A stretch of 64,000 nt of DNA from Candidatus Omnitrophota bacterium (GCA_003140935.1 PLLJ01000021.1:4555-68554), one strand, 5' to 3'. Counted from the stretch's first letter, positions 9,401 through 16,941 are shown. Notes: generated by a model from the letters alone, not told the origin. Translations and numbers: made by a program.

Positions 9401-11694
9401 TTAAACAATTTAAAGAGAATGGCTTCACGAACCTTTGGGGAATTGACATTTCGCCGGAACTGGTCCGGCTTGCCGTCCAAGGCACGGCGTTCGGGGAATC
9501 GTTTGCGGGACGTTTCCGGGTCGCGGACCTCCGGACAATTCCTTTTCCCGGAAAGATATTCGGCGGCATCTTTATCAGCGATGTGCTACTTTACCTTTCG
9601 CCGGAAGACCAAGTGGACGCTTTGCTCAAGCTTCGCGATATGCTCGAAGACGGCTCGCCGATTTTTGTGCGTTGGGCGCCAGGGGAGAATCGGTTCACCG
9701 TTAAAGAACAGAATTTCTCCAGGGATCGGAAAAATCAAGGGTGGGTATTCACCGTCACCCCGTCTTACCTAACGGCGTTGCTTGAAGCGACGGGATTTCG
9801 TCTCGTCGAACCAGTCCGTCGGATCGAAGGCCCCATTTATGTCGGGACCGAATACGAAAAACAGCAGCCGTTCCTGACCGTATTTGCCCGGAAGGCCGTT
9901 CCCTCGAATCTCGTAGTCGCGCGTTCTGAAACGCGGGAAAGCCTCAAAGAAGTATTAACGCGAAAAGGAGTTCCTGGAAAGACACTCAAAGTAACACAGG
10001 GAAATTTGTCTTTTGAAGTCGCGCCGGATTACGGGGCGCATCTCCTTTCTTTTAATGTGGGCGGCGAAGAACAGCTTCACCAAAGTTACAAAAACGGCGC
10101 AGGGATCCTTAATATTGACCGTACCGGAAGCTGGTTGATGGCGCCTTGGGTCCAGGGCGCTTTTTTCCCTGAGGATAGGACAACCGTTGTGGGAGGCCGC
10201 GTGATCGACTGGAACGAAGCGCCCGTGAAATGGAAACAGGTTCCGGGCGGTTGGATCGCCAACCACGGCATTGCCCGGCAGCCGGTAAAATGGAGTGTGA
10301 GCGAAACGGATTCCGGGCTCCGGTTTGGACTGCGCTTTGAACATGTCCGGGGGATGGATCCCTATTATCACGGACTGCATCTTGCACGGACGCTGGAAAT
10401 ACAATCTTTTCAGGAGTTCGATAGCCTTACCATCGGTTTCGAGGCCGAAAATACGAGTGATCATGACATTTTGTTCGCTGCGGGCGAGCACTTGATCCTA
10501 GATGCGCCAAACAGAGGATCGACTTTTGCGATCATTCCGGCAAGTCGTTATCTTGAAAAAGACACATTAGGAATGCCTCTTCCGCAAGGACTCTCCGTCA
10601 CGACGCCGGCCTTGAATTTTTTAAACGGGAAATTTTTAGAAAGCGGATTAGATATCGCTTTGACGGGTTTGATGCCTTACCTCCAAGAGATCGTTTCCGC
10701 CCTGGTCACGATTCCTGGAGAAAGAATGGTTGCGGTGAGGCAAAGCGCGATGTACCAGCACTTCGGGCTCTGGACCCCCGCGGATATGCCGCGGGCTATC
10801 GGCTTCGAGCCGCTTAGCTCCGGCCTTGATATTTACCGCCGATCCCTGACCCAAGGTTGGGAGCCTCTTCTTATTGAACGTCACGGCGGAACAAGGTCCG
10901 GGCTGATCACCGTAGGCGTTTACAAGGGCTCGCCCGCGTCATTGGCTGCACGGCAAGTGAACAAGCGTTCGGAAATACGAGCCACTGCTGAGACGGTCAT
11001 GCCGGCAACGATGAACGAATTTATCAAGGGGAACGAATCGCTCGGCGGTGGGAAATTGCAAGGGTTCCGGGGAGTCATTGAAAAGATCATGGACGGCATC
11101 TTGTCGCTTACGGTGTATACGAAACACGCTGTAAATATTGTCACAACATTCTTTTCCCCAACAGCACAATCGCAAGAGACATTTGATATCGCCTCGGTTC
11201 CCGCGACCCCCAATGAACAGAAGCGTTTTGCGGATGCCCGGAAGGTGCTTCTGGGCAGCAAGGTCCTTGGGGCTTCCGATGCCCTGATCCTTGCGCCGGA
11301 ATTCGGCGTCGATCTTGGCGCGGCGCTTTTGATGCGTAAAATTGCCGGTGACGCACCGGTCGCCGTTCTCATCCGGAATGAGGCGGATCGGGGATTTCTC
11401 GATAAGATCAATGTCCAGCTTCATGCGGCCAACCGGCCGCTTATTTTCGCGACTACCGATCTTCATGAAGCCACGCGATTCCTTGGGAGAGCGGTCCGCG
11501 GCACGATGAACATTAAGCCGATGGTCTATTCCGATGAGAAGAACGCGCAAGCCGACCTCTTGTTGCAACAGTACGGGAATGCCGTGATCACGGTCACGCC
11601 CAGAATGTACAAGAACTTCCTAAGCCTTACCGGTGTCAGCGAGATCATCACGAGATTGCGCGACGAATATCTCGCGACCGCACGGTCCGCGTAA
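460..11694 (+). CDS. Giant (3744 aa) secreted multidomain protein of unknown function; N-terminal signal peptide; embedded class I SAM-dependent methyltransferase-like segment near aa ~2960; possible aldose-1-epimerase-like segment near the C-terminus
   Basis: Single uninterrupted 11,235-nt ORF. N-terminus MNCLKQLQRFFSGIIAIIFFVTNTLVPVSIAHAAN is a hydrophobic signal peptide with an AHA cleavage-type site. The methyltransferase glycine-rich motif VLDVGMGSGRALKQF...WGIDISPELVRLA...FGGIFISDVLLYL lies at ~nt 9330-9680. The antisense strand contains only short shadow ORFs. Confidence 0.8.
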   Translation: MNCLKQLQRFFSGIIAIIFFVTNTLVPVSIAHAANVESPAFISSFTIPAEFGKVTDRIKGSEAGPLLIHIQEAHANYDAQKNIKNILEYLSKNYGIRLVLLEGAGNKLDATLFKFFPREPELQQTVNEKLMQAGELTGAELFLISSPQGAAEGWGVEKAEAYAQDREAFKRVFEGRELAQDFSETFYRQWQKCASLLLSKPLKEFLTRETAFEEGRLPLADWMVSLKMAAARDLRLDLDNVLEQKDWPVLVRYFRLKTIDPRIDTAQVEKEKTVFLKDLTQRATGDVQQNTKDKDVERRALNVVREVEQVFEQAKKNDRPSYKTRFVFEKLLDQLPKDFSFDAYPNLRLYLQQIILLSEIQGDTLQNEIKNLTEKLTARLIKTKQDRRFAGILHDFRLVKKLFELELSRSEYQTILSDKITLEKLLQELQALDPEAKVLNKSPSPKLLRLKSLYGTAIRFYEGAIERENWMMKQALARMQERKQTKAVLITGGFHTEGLKEKVLSAGSSYVEITPRIGEVTADSRKNYLTALLGKKTVETSQIAALVRSDMYFLKEVFPKDWRRKLAELVTNLRGKLRQVVSPERAQEAVSDFLAAARGVPALQPAGARSEMREPGQDVVSPKPDLPGLTLGIPLDIGSERRGTGIVEFGALKKAARLLEPLKESFGMGRVYPYNSLFATGDISSGVHQVPNKGEHFLISKNRKTTVMVRGYETKGHELGGLTLRDGANNFSILSMLKLNPRLSDSNAAEGTAEKTERDVRAFNKKAHGLGIKTMANFIPWLAPDAIDETNLDWTFYEKRTAEENEYFRSLSENAKQNYINNLLREKNGAFFARRMGQGDKEEVVLIRHFPGMGENNYNTDQVLLNIFSPGVQNYYKRSLRYLKKLGFDAIRGDMGSYLLKKNLSGFLAAAGLDPAAFKDKDPLREILKDASMEMVFEAYDPGDQEALIEAGEPSPVAVYNDSFFRALAEFSANPFMVADRIGAIIEEVLLYKIRHPGTKKRFLLYPTNFDQNSLNAMAHYPEDLGKGFSVAGVLALSFVTAYLAKEDLGVMLILRDALGQRGDIRPIVGGDISGHRAALHGEHAKPFVNTAEELAARTDIDKLEQAIREAPAAKFKREFMTAVKGSKQNFIRLLDNADLSRIVTLGWRTEKGEWVVFAVNLRPRQGPIDLSFIEFPVPSEEKPRVGSWEAKDAVTGEPLALVTELADGRGFPRIQDVSFTDTDYRLIVLTPKAETQRSEAREQKKRNFPVKGLKAIANGEAKGFEYFGAREARDYMNAAALHLSGLELPNRIELAEDFMTGFQARTTQLKRMVDARRERAVFYYGRADFKGFEGMKPAEFLEAKGISLEQVRGKNIHVVDKYSGMSHHVTISINATNLERELKPTKRLNVTAVSDLDLIWMEKTSDDSEEQDEALDTTNRSEMRQAEGLQGFAESTNEPNWTKTHTPRTAKQHIYSRQWECGLPMDLLEKIEKLYGAYVAGEISQVTLTGGLGALMPDLFEAWTAIGLNVTGIHPLWNFIKNTPLKGADAAGLRKFLGEIAKQQMEDTGINFDVSLNVPGSTKPRVVSFRVYKTQSMVHKAPQYYLDAYTTTADGKEEPAFLEVYDDTGKREIDMAFFAAASERLIQILEKDPNPGNVVLIDHEVFVSLPTRYLKKAKRVTLNHTVFRPGLFEAWEGYYEMLNFPERLRSTITHDGKISIADFTAEVFHLITGVNLVEHLPALLKNIFRTAWHRVIGFYDQAKQIRSTNGIFLPRWQSREERTLIERAKEKLSIQKPEHGLPAEANDRQFFEELDKNPDLQEQFKIQQEWVGASDGAKLLIWLRERRGFKGASDWLGNTFKEYQKQHQMSDAELVRHLEEMEALISKTVLNDAPENWLKLEEKFAQARDLILGDPIVCNVRRQVPYKGPDKYEEILAGVIQQAAKEAGLSNEIEGVRPFNGRFKAWKDGKLDREAFKVLKEKLKGQPAVEELRKELCRVLIGGRTFDLDESHDRFLYIRFLTEVLGVEDRVATLEDYTYYEAQIIARGVQGAVMLSDEDLEASSTFMMKVKANRGEVVGPYAGSNPEVWDIRVVKTIGDVKTIGEKIEVLNEKGEPNTKVITQDILREKNRTGEWEIRDGIFVAYADEELSRQEGGKRRPSARSLLEALKKMKKLRSDPATRRERMYAAISNSWKVDMVTGQAMAHAYLIENMLREEEEKEAMFDSLRFESSDYAVPMNAHDFGWKTRHPFERYSAKDFGLFGLFRSFRDMKTWQDKGPSTRGIQALESLRHHAQFGDIFKYLREGVLVHLSPGLQPFKDKIESLAAKAETASDKEVIALNLEAMDLTEMLLVRMAGDWFERYMRADSFDEAEPLRKELVQGVGADSQPWADYIVRYLEGHPDARALRTRENKIRSFVFAPAGQRPVMVSLNMGAIAHREKDASFEGLKARTQVIIDKQAFLTLTENATDVKFVHLREPKRKNDYAVLEKKDSVAEAEMEIGVGIPMPLGIEVIEWRPMKLSELTSILAAVAAGEREPLAIDSLTQLIRETGADNELPLTAILIAVGKQESSAMASFRQLIREARTDYEPPEGRTPADHLTEQLAVLAGLDRKNAATLFGENLKPLMMLIGLLRPDLLKTSQIASWDREFFKKVERAVADIQTTFGESHAAAKQHNYYVIDSSHHGALVLARKDAKGDSFFVTLQFAANDRDAASDGKITTQVSSEGLARMIDQGAFYRVIDMLTGEDYGIRGDLLHGWIIRTPFVGGADRVQMLHLEKITPASRSEMRLAPLAHSLEQGITAITALQARIASKAVLKESGKRNLNHQPNYFAGVYSYGDIFWGGLFAWGSVAAFSNNGSKANLMSETPAVSLPSENIMISRALNIPRNRGASLGSPKTAFSVVRSETRDHPELKPTLTALMERSAEFRAATQAFKDASPVGISNDVYWKEPKFAVGFERMKARDWNATPHREVIQKFLSLVGRKDKPVLDVGMGSGRALKQFKENGFTNLWGIDISPELVRLAVQGTAFGESFAGRFRVADLRTIPFPGKIFGGIFISDVLLYLSPEDQVDALLKLRDMLEDGSPIFVRWAPGENRFTVKEQNFSRDRKNQGWVFTVTPSYLTALLEATGFRLVEPVRRIEGPIYVGTEYEKQQPFLTVFARKAVPSNLVVARSETRESLKEVLTRKGVPGKTLKVTQGNLSFEVAPDYGAHLLSFNVGGEEQLHQSYKNGAGILNIDRTGSWLMAPWVQGAFFPEDRTTVVGGRVIDWNEAPVKWKQVPGGWIANHGIARQPVKWSVSETDSGLRFGLRFEHVRGMDPYYHGLHLARTLEIQSFQEFDSLTIGFEAENTSDHDILFAAGEHLILDAPNRGSTFAIIPASRYLEKDTLGMPLPQGLSVTTPALNFLNGKFLESGLDIALTGLMPYLQEIVSALVTIPGERMVAVRQSAMYQHFGLWTPADMPRAIGFEPLSSGLDIYRRSLTQGWEPLLIERHGGTRSGLITVGVYKGSPASLAARQVNKRSEIRATAETVMPATMNEFIKGNESLGGGKLQGFRGVIEKIMDGILSLTVYTKHAVNIVTTFFSPTAQSQETFDIASVPATPNEQKRFADARKVLLGSKVLGASDALILAPEFGVDLGAALLMRKIAGDAPVAVLIRNEADRGFLDKINVQLHAANRPLIFATTDLHEATRFLGRAVRGTMNIKPMVYSDEKNAQADLLLQQYGNAVITVTPRMYKNFLSLTGVSEIITRLRDEYLATARSA
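6682..6717 (+). repeat. Near-perfect 18-bp tandem duplication inside the giant gene (in frame: VKTIGD-VKTIGE)
   Basis: gttaaaacgatcggtgac / gttaaaacgatcggtgag at 6682-6699 and 6700-6717. Confidence 0.8.
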
Positions 11695-11738
11695 ACCAAT
11701 TTATTGACCGCTTTCTTAAGTTTCCGTATAGTCTCCTT

Positions 11739-12626
11739 ATGACGAAGACATCCACAAAATTAATCCGGGTCGGCCACAGTCCCGATGCTGACGATGCCTT
11801 CATGTTCTACGCGCTCGCCAAGAAGAAGATCCCGATGCGCGGGTTTGAGGTCGAGCATGTCATCGAAGACATCGAAAGCCTGAATCAGCGGGCACTTCGC
11901 GGGGAACTTGAGGTGACGGCAGTTTCCTGTCACGCGTACGCCTATTTGATGGACCGTTACGCCGTGATGCGTTCCGGTGCGAGTGTTGGTGACCAGTATG
12001 GGCCGATACTGGTTCGTAGGGCACTAGGGACTAGCCCCTCAAGACTCGTTTTAAAGAACAAACGGATTGCCATCCCTGGTGAATTAACGACTGCTTATTT
12101 AGCATTACGACTTTATTCAAAAGCCACAACAAGTCCCGAGTCCCAAGTCCCGAGTTCCGATTTCCAACCGGTCTTTGTGCCTTTCGACCGGGTGTTCAAT
12201 GCGGTCAAAAGCGGTGAAACTGATTACGGACTCGTGATCCATGAAGGCCAGATCACATTTGCGGAGCACAGTCTTGAAAAAGTTCTGGACCTTGGTGCCT
12301 GGTGGCATGAGAAAACGAAGCAGCCGCTTCCACTCGGGGTCGATATTATCCGGCGCGATCTCGGCCAGGACGTCATGAGGTCCTTCTCGGGACTTTTCAA
12401 GGAAAGCATCGAATATGCCTTGTCTCACCGGCAGGAAGCTTTAGAATACGCGCTCCAGTTCGGCCGCGGGATCTCGGGAGCCTTGAATGATCGTTTCGTT
12501 GCGATGTATGTGAACGATCGCACGGTGGATATCGGCAAAGACGGAGAAGCGGGGTTTCGCAGGTTGCTGGATGAAGCTTATCAAGCCGGAATCATACCGA
12601 AAAAAGTGAATTTGGAATTCATATAA
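11739..12626 (+). CDS. MqnA/MqnD-family menaquinone biosynthesis protein (futalosine pathway; most like 1,4-dihydroxy-6-naphthoate synthase MqnD)
   Basis: 295 aa. N-terminal GHSPDADDAFMFYAL motif and overall periplasmic-binding-protein-like layout are typical of the VitK2_biosynth (MqnA/MqnD) family. Confidence 0.6.
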   Translation: MTKTSTKLIRVGHSPDADDAFMFYALAKKKIPMRGFEVEHVIEDIESLNQRALRGELEVTAVSCHAYAYLMDRYAVMRSGASVGDQYGPILVRRALGTSPSRLVLKNKRIAIPGELTTAYLALRLYSKATTSPESQVPSSDFQPVFVPFDRVFNAVKSGETDYGLVIHEGQITFAEHSLEKVLDLGAWWHEKTKQPLPLGVDIIRRDLGQDVMRSFSGLFKESIEYALSHRQEALEYALQFGRGISGALNDRFVAMYVNDRTVDIGKDGEAGFRRLLDEAYQAGIIPKKVNLEFI

Positions 12627-12694
12627 ATAAAATCGGACCACACAACCACGAGCCACACGCTACGTGGCGTGGCCCCTGGTCCGTGGAGCGGATA

Positions 12695-13294
12695 ATGGCT
12701 AACGACGAATTACGCATCAAAACAGTGGAGATCGCAAAACAGCACAAGGCGAGCTGGATCCAGCTTGGCCAGCATCTGTTCTCCATTTACAAAAATAAAC
12801 TTTATAAGGAATGGGGTTTTCAGGCGTTCGAGACCTATTGCAAAAAAGAACTGAGCATCAGGGAAACGACGGCTTCCAAGCTCATCAAGTCCTACGCCTT
12901 TCTTGAAAAAGAAGAGCCTCGCATCGTGAAGCCGGATTTTACAGAAGAAGAGGTCCCCCGGAAGATCCCCGATTATGAGTCCGTCAATCTCCTGAGGCTC
13001 GCGAAGAACAACAAGAATATCCCGACCCATGAGTTCGCGGAACTCCGGAACGACGTTCTCAATGAGGGCAAGGAGTGCAAAGAGGTCCGGGCGGCCGTGA
13101 AAAAGATCCTCGAGACGCACGCCCCGAAAGATACGCCGGAAATGAAAGATCAGAAAAGAAGTTCAGTCCTCAGACGACTGATCGGTTTTCTGAATTCCGC
13201 GAAGACCCAGCTTGAGGAAGAGGACCTTGTTCCGGATTATCTTTTAAAACAGATCGACGCCCTGACGCAGAAACTCGAAGATCAGTTGGATTAA
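12695..13294 (+). CDS. Hypothetical protein (approx. 200 aa, charged/helical C-terminus)
   Basis: ORF 12683..13294. The ATG at 12695 has a better-spaced GGAG upstream. No recognisable family motif. Confidence 0.45.
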   Translation: MANDELRIKTVEIAKQHKASWIQLGQHLFSIYKNKLYKEWGFQAFETYCKKELSIRETTASKLIKSYAFLEKEEPRIVKPDFTEEEVPRKIPDYESVNLLRLAKNNKNIPTHEFAELRNDVLNEGKECKEVRAAVKKILETHAPKDTPEMKDQKRSSVLRRLIGFLNSAKTQLEEEDLVPDYLLKQIDALTQKLEDQLD

Positions 13295-13373
13295 AAAACA
13301 AGCAGTGTTCATCGGAGAACGCCGGATGTTCAGGCTTTTTCGTTATCCGTTCCATGCTTCCCATTTCTAACCG

Positions 13374-13730
13374 CTATAGACGCTTCTTCCTCTTTTTCCT
13401 CGGGGCTTGTTCTTCGCCCCGGACGAGCGCTTCTTTTTTCTTTTTAGGCCATTCCTTTACTTCACATTCGCGTATCAGAGCGCTGGAGCGATCGCCGCAT
13501 GTTTCAGAATAGAGCATCTCCACGGGTCTGCGAGTCCGGGTGTAACGGGAGGCCTTGCCGTCTTGATGCATTTGGAGACGCCGCTCGAGATGGTTGGTGA
13601 TGCCGGTATAAAACGATCCGTCGCGGCATTGCAGAATATAGAGCGACCAGTCATTTCCGGCCTTCTTTCCGCGCGCGGAGGCTTTTTCTTTTTTCAAACC
13701 CACGAGCATTCTTTTATAGGTCGGATGCAT
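13374..13730 (-). CDS. GIY-YIG nuclease family protein (UPF0213-like)
   Basis: WSLYILQCRDGSFYTGITNHLERRLQMHQDG...YTRTRRPVEMLY matches the GIY-YIG catalytic module. Lys/Arg-rich C-terminal tail. Confidence 0.75.
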   Translation of the reverse strand: MHPTYKRMLVGLKKEKASARGKKAGNDWSLYILQCRDGSFYTGITNHLERRLQMHQDGKASRYTRTRRPVEMLYSETCGDRSSALIRECEVKEWPKKKKEALVRGEEQAPRKKRKKRL

Positions 13731-13770
13731 TTTTAAAAACAGGGAAGGATGAACGGGAAAAGGAAGAGCT

Positions 13771-14073
13771 TTACGTTCCCCGGGGACCGTTCCCCTTTCC
13801 TCCCATTTTATGATGATACTTTACGGTCACGAGCACCACCGCGGTGAAGAACACGACGTTTGTCCAGCCAAAAGCGCGGAAGGCCATGTTCTGTGAAGCC
13901 AGGACCGCGGGAGTCATGAGGAGGATACAGATCCAAACTCCAAAAAGCCAGACCAGGCTGATATCGTCGGCAGACTTCCGTTTGATGATCCTTATGATGA
14001 GCGGGATATTAAAAAGGGGAAGGACTGCCCCCGCCCACGCGCTAATCTTATAAAGAATATCCATAAGGTTCAA
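13771..14073 (-). CDS. SemiSWEET / PQ-loop family small membrane protein
   Basis: 100 aa with 3 predicted TM helices. LPLFNIPLIIRIIKRKSADDISL resembles the PQ-loop helix-1 region (A-PQ-xIKxxKTRSAxDISL) of bacterial SemiSWEETs. Confidence 0.55.
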   Translation of the reverse strand: MNLMDILYKISAWAGAVLPLFNIPLIIRIIKRKSADDISLVWLFGVWICILLMTPAVLASQNMAFRAFGWTNVVFFTAVVLVTVKYHHKMGGKGNGPRGT

Positions 14074-15491
14074 TGCTCCGGCGCGAGATTTTTTAAAAAC
14101 ATTTCCCGGAGAGCCGAGGCCTTCTCCATGGGCGCCACAAAGAAAAGCTCATCCATCCGTAACCATCTTCGCATGGTTAGGACCCCTTTCCAGTGAAGGT
14201 AAAGGGCTTGTAGGAGGGAGGGAAAAGCTTCGGTGGCTTGCTGCATATTGAGGTAATAGACAGGCCGGATGTCGTGCATATCATCAATAGCAAAATATTT
14301 CCGGATGTAAACAGCTAGAGGTAAATGAAGAGAATAAATCTTCTCAAAAAAAGGAAGCTTGGAAAAGAACGGAGGAAGCGAAACGGCGCTTTTCGCGGTC
14401 CCAAAAGGCCAGCGTGAAGCGTAAGCGCCGTGCACGGTGTAGAAGTATAAATTTCCTTTGACCGTGGGTGTCCGCTCGAGGGCTTCGAGCAGTGCAAGGG
14501 TGGTATATTGATGGTCCGAATGTCCGTCCGTCACAGGGCAGGGAGTCACGATGATCGAGGGGTTGATCTTGGTAAGGAGATGCTCTAGGTCCGCGACCAG
14601 GTTGTTCCAAGTGGGTTCCTGAGCGGGATCTTTTGGAAGCAGATCCGAAACGTTGTATTGACGGAAAGTATTCAAGTCGGCAGTTTTGACAAAAGGAGAA
14701 GATATTTTTCGGGAAGGGTTCTGGAACATCTTGCTTAACGTCTCATCAAAGTAGCCGAGGTTATAACATCTTAGAGGCGAGATGCCGCCCCAGAAGGGGA
14801 TCACAATACTGTCCCAAGCGCGGATCTTGCCCTTGAACAAGGCTTGTCTCGTCGAGTTTCCAAAAAAGCGTTTGTAGTTCGATTTTCCTCCCTCACCGGC
14901 CGTAAGAGTGACGATGTAGGCATCCTGATCGCTATAGAGGCCGAAAGCCGCGATCTCGGCATCGTCCGGATGCGGCGCGAGAATGAGGATCTTTGCTTTT
15001 TTTATCTCGGGATTTTGAAAAAGATAAAATTCGGAAGCGCTTTGATCCCAGGAGAGGTGATGCCCTTTGATGAAAAGTTTTTCTCCTTCGGCTAAAGACG
15101 GGGTTGCATTCAAAAGCGTACTTAGATTCAAATAACGGATCCCGCGGCCTGTCTTTTCGAAATATTGCTTCAAAACGACGTTGTGATAACGGATCTCAAC
15201 ATAGGGAAGAAATAAGAGGCTTGTCCAATCCGTCCGGATTGCTATTTTAAGGAAAGCCGTATCGGTGCCGGTCTTTACCGAGGGCCACTCGAACCCGTTT
15301 TTTCCAAGCATGACAGGGGAAACAGAATCTTTCGGGAAAGCATAGCCGTAGTCGGAATGAAGATTGTAAAAAAAGGTTTCGTAATAACGGTTTTCGGAAT
15401 CGACGTAGAAGAAAGCGGCGATGCATACCGGGATAAGGATCAACACCCAAAATAGAACGAACTTCTTCTTAGGTCTTTGCGGTGTTTCCAT
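14070..15491 (-). CDS. PIG-L/LmbE family deacetylase with N-terminal transmembrane anchor
   Basis: ILILAPHPDDAEIAAFG is the LmbE/PIG-L zinc-deacetylase signature. N-terminal hydrophobic helix FVLFWVLILIPVCIAAFFYV. Confidence 0.7.
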   Translation of the reverse strand: METPQRPKKKFVLFWVLILIPVCIAAFFYVDSENRYYETFFYNLHSDYGYAFPKDSVSPVMLGKNGFEWPSVKTGTDTAFLKIAIRTDWTSLLFLPYVEIRYHNVVLKQYFEKTGRGIRYLNLSTLLNATPSLAEGEKLFIKGHHLSWDQSASEFYLFQNPEIKKAKILILAPHPDDAEIAAFGLYSDQDAYIVTLTAGEGGKSNYKRFFGNSTRQALFKGKIRAWDSIVIPFWGGISPLRCYNLGYFDETLSKMFQNPSRKISSPFVKTADLNTFRQYNVSDLLPKDPAQEPTWNNLVADLEHLLTKINPSIIVTPCPVTDGHSDHQYTTLALLEALERTPTVKGNLYFYTVHGAYASRWPFGTAKSAVSLPPFFSKLPFFEKIYSLHLPLAVYIRKYFAIDDMHDIRPVYYLNMQQATEAFPSLLQALYLHWKGVLTMRRWLRMDELFFVAPMEKASALREMFLKNLAPEH

Positions 15492-15592
15492 AGGACTGTT
15501 TTTTGTCCGAGCGATGCGATGCGTTAGAATGTTGCGCTATTTTATGGAGCCTGCTGATTTTGTAAAGCTTATTAAGAGAATACAAGCGGCGG

Positions 15593-16717
15593 TTAGATCT
15601 CTAACGATCTCGGGAATTTCGTAAGGTTCTTGCAGCCTTTTTTTGTCACGACGACCACGTCCTCCAGGCGCACACCGCCCGCGCCTTTGTAATAAAGACC
15701 CGGTTCCACGGTTACGGTCTGACCTGCCTTCAGGACGTCCTGGCCCATGCTGATGCGCGGCGGCTCGTGCAGTTCCAGGCCAAGACCGTGGCCGGTGCTA
15801 TGGAAAAATCCCTGCATACGACCGTCTTTAAGGCCGGTCTTAAATCCGAGCCGTGTGAATCTGTCCTGAATAGCTTCGTGGATCTTTTTGACGGCAATTC
15901 CATGCCGGATCATCTTGAAAGCAATATCCTGGCCTTCTTTGACTGCCGCGTACATTTCCTTAAGCCTTGGCGACGCCTTGCCGCGCACCACGGTGCGCGT
16001 GAAATCCGCGTAATAAAGCGTTTTTTCACTGCGGGGGAAAATATCCATAATGACCGGCTGATAAGCGTAAATGGGACCGGATCCTTGATCATGCGGGTCG
16101 ATCGAATGATGGCCGCAGGAAACGATCGTGTGTTCGGCGGAGCAGCCTTCCGTCAGAAGCGTTTGGTGGATGGCCGTCCGGAGCATTTCGCTCGTGAGGA
16201 CCTTTCCCGAGAAATAAAGTTTGTTCTTCCGGATCACGGATCTCTTCAGGATCTGGACGGCCTTTCCGGCGGCCTTTTCTGTAGCGCGTAACGCCTGGGT
16301 GATCGCCGTGATCTCGGTCCGGTCCTTTATCAGGCGCTCTCCAAAGAAGACTCCGCTTCGATATCGAATACGGAGGCCGGCGTGCTTCAAAGGCTCGTAA
16401 TGGTGGACTGGAAAATTTCCGGGGACAAGGACGCTTTTAACTTTTTTCTTCCTCAGGAAATAAAGAACAAGCTCCGTGAAGGAACATATCTTTTTGTGCT
16501 TCTGTTTATATTCCGAGACGAGACGGGAAATCGAAAGGACTTCGTGGACACGGGCCTGTTTTTTGGCCCTGTCGAGCTCAAGATCGCTTACTAGGATATA
16601 TTTTTTCCCCCGGATCTGGGCGAAAATGAACGGATCCGGTGCAATGAACCGGGTCGCATAATAAAGATCCGCATTTTTTTCACTCGAAGCGATGATCAAT
16701 AAAGCTTGGTTCGACAT
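15593..16717 (-). CDS. M24 family metallopeptidase (Xaa-Pro aminopeptidase/dipeptidase type)
   Basis: HSTGHGLGLELHEPP (M24 metal-binding signature), GGVRLEDVVVVT, and a creatinase-like N-terminal domain. Confidence 0.8.
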   Translation of the reverse strand: MSNQALLIIASSEKNADLYYATRFIAPDPFIFAQIRGKKYILVSDLELDRAKKQARVHEVLSISRLVSEYKQKHKKICSFTELVLYFLRKKKVKSVLVPGNFPVHHYEPLKHAGLRIRYRSGVFFGERLIKDRTEITAITQALRATEKAAGKAVQILKRSVIRKNKLYFSGKVLTSEMLRTAIHQTLLTEGCSAEHTIVSCGHHSIDPHDQGSGPIYAYQPVIMDIFPRSEKTLYYADFTRTVVRGKASPRLKEMYAAVKEGQDIAFKMIRHGIAVKKIHEAIQDRFTRLGFKTGLKDGRMQGFFHSTGHGLGLELHEPPRISMGQDVLKAGQTVTVEPGLYYKGAGGVRLEDVVVVTKKGCKNLTKFPRSLEI

Positions 16718-16767
16718 GCGGTAAGAATATCATGAGTGTTGGGAGGGTGCAATGGACACAAAAAGTA

Positions 16768-16848
16768 GGAAGAAGGAGGGTGGATGGCCGATGGCGAAAA
16801 ATCTGTCTAATCCCAGCATCCATCCGCCCTCCTTCTTCCTATTTTTTT
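16768..16848. promoter_or_regulatory. Long imperfect inverted repeat (20-nt arms, ~32-nt spacer) followed by a T-run, in the divergent region upstream of the transketolase genes
   Basis: ggaagaaggagggtggatgg (16768-16787) and ccatccgccctccttcttcc (16820-16839) are reverse complements with one mismatch. tattttttt follows at 16840-16848. Confidence 0.4.
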
Positions 16849-16941
16849 AAGTTTTATTCATTGACGGCATTCGGGAAAGCCGCTAGACTTCGCTGTCTTT
16901 TTCCTCTATACAAATGACAAAATACAGGCATTCATCATTTA

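Noticed and set aside
16768-16848. Interpreting the long inverted repeat as a simple rho-independent terminator
   Set aside because: The flanking genes are divergent, so neither is transcribed into the hairpin. The 32-nt loop is atypical. It is kept as an unexplained regulatory/structured element instead.
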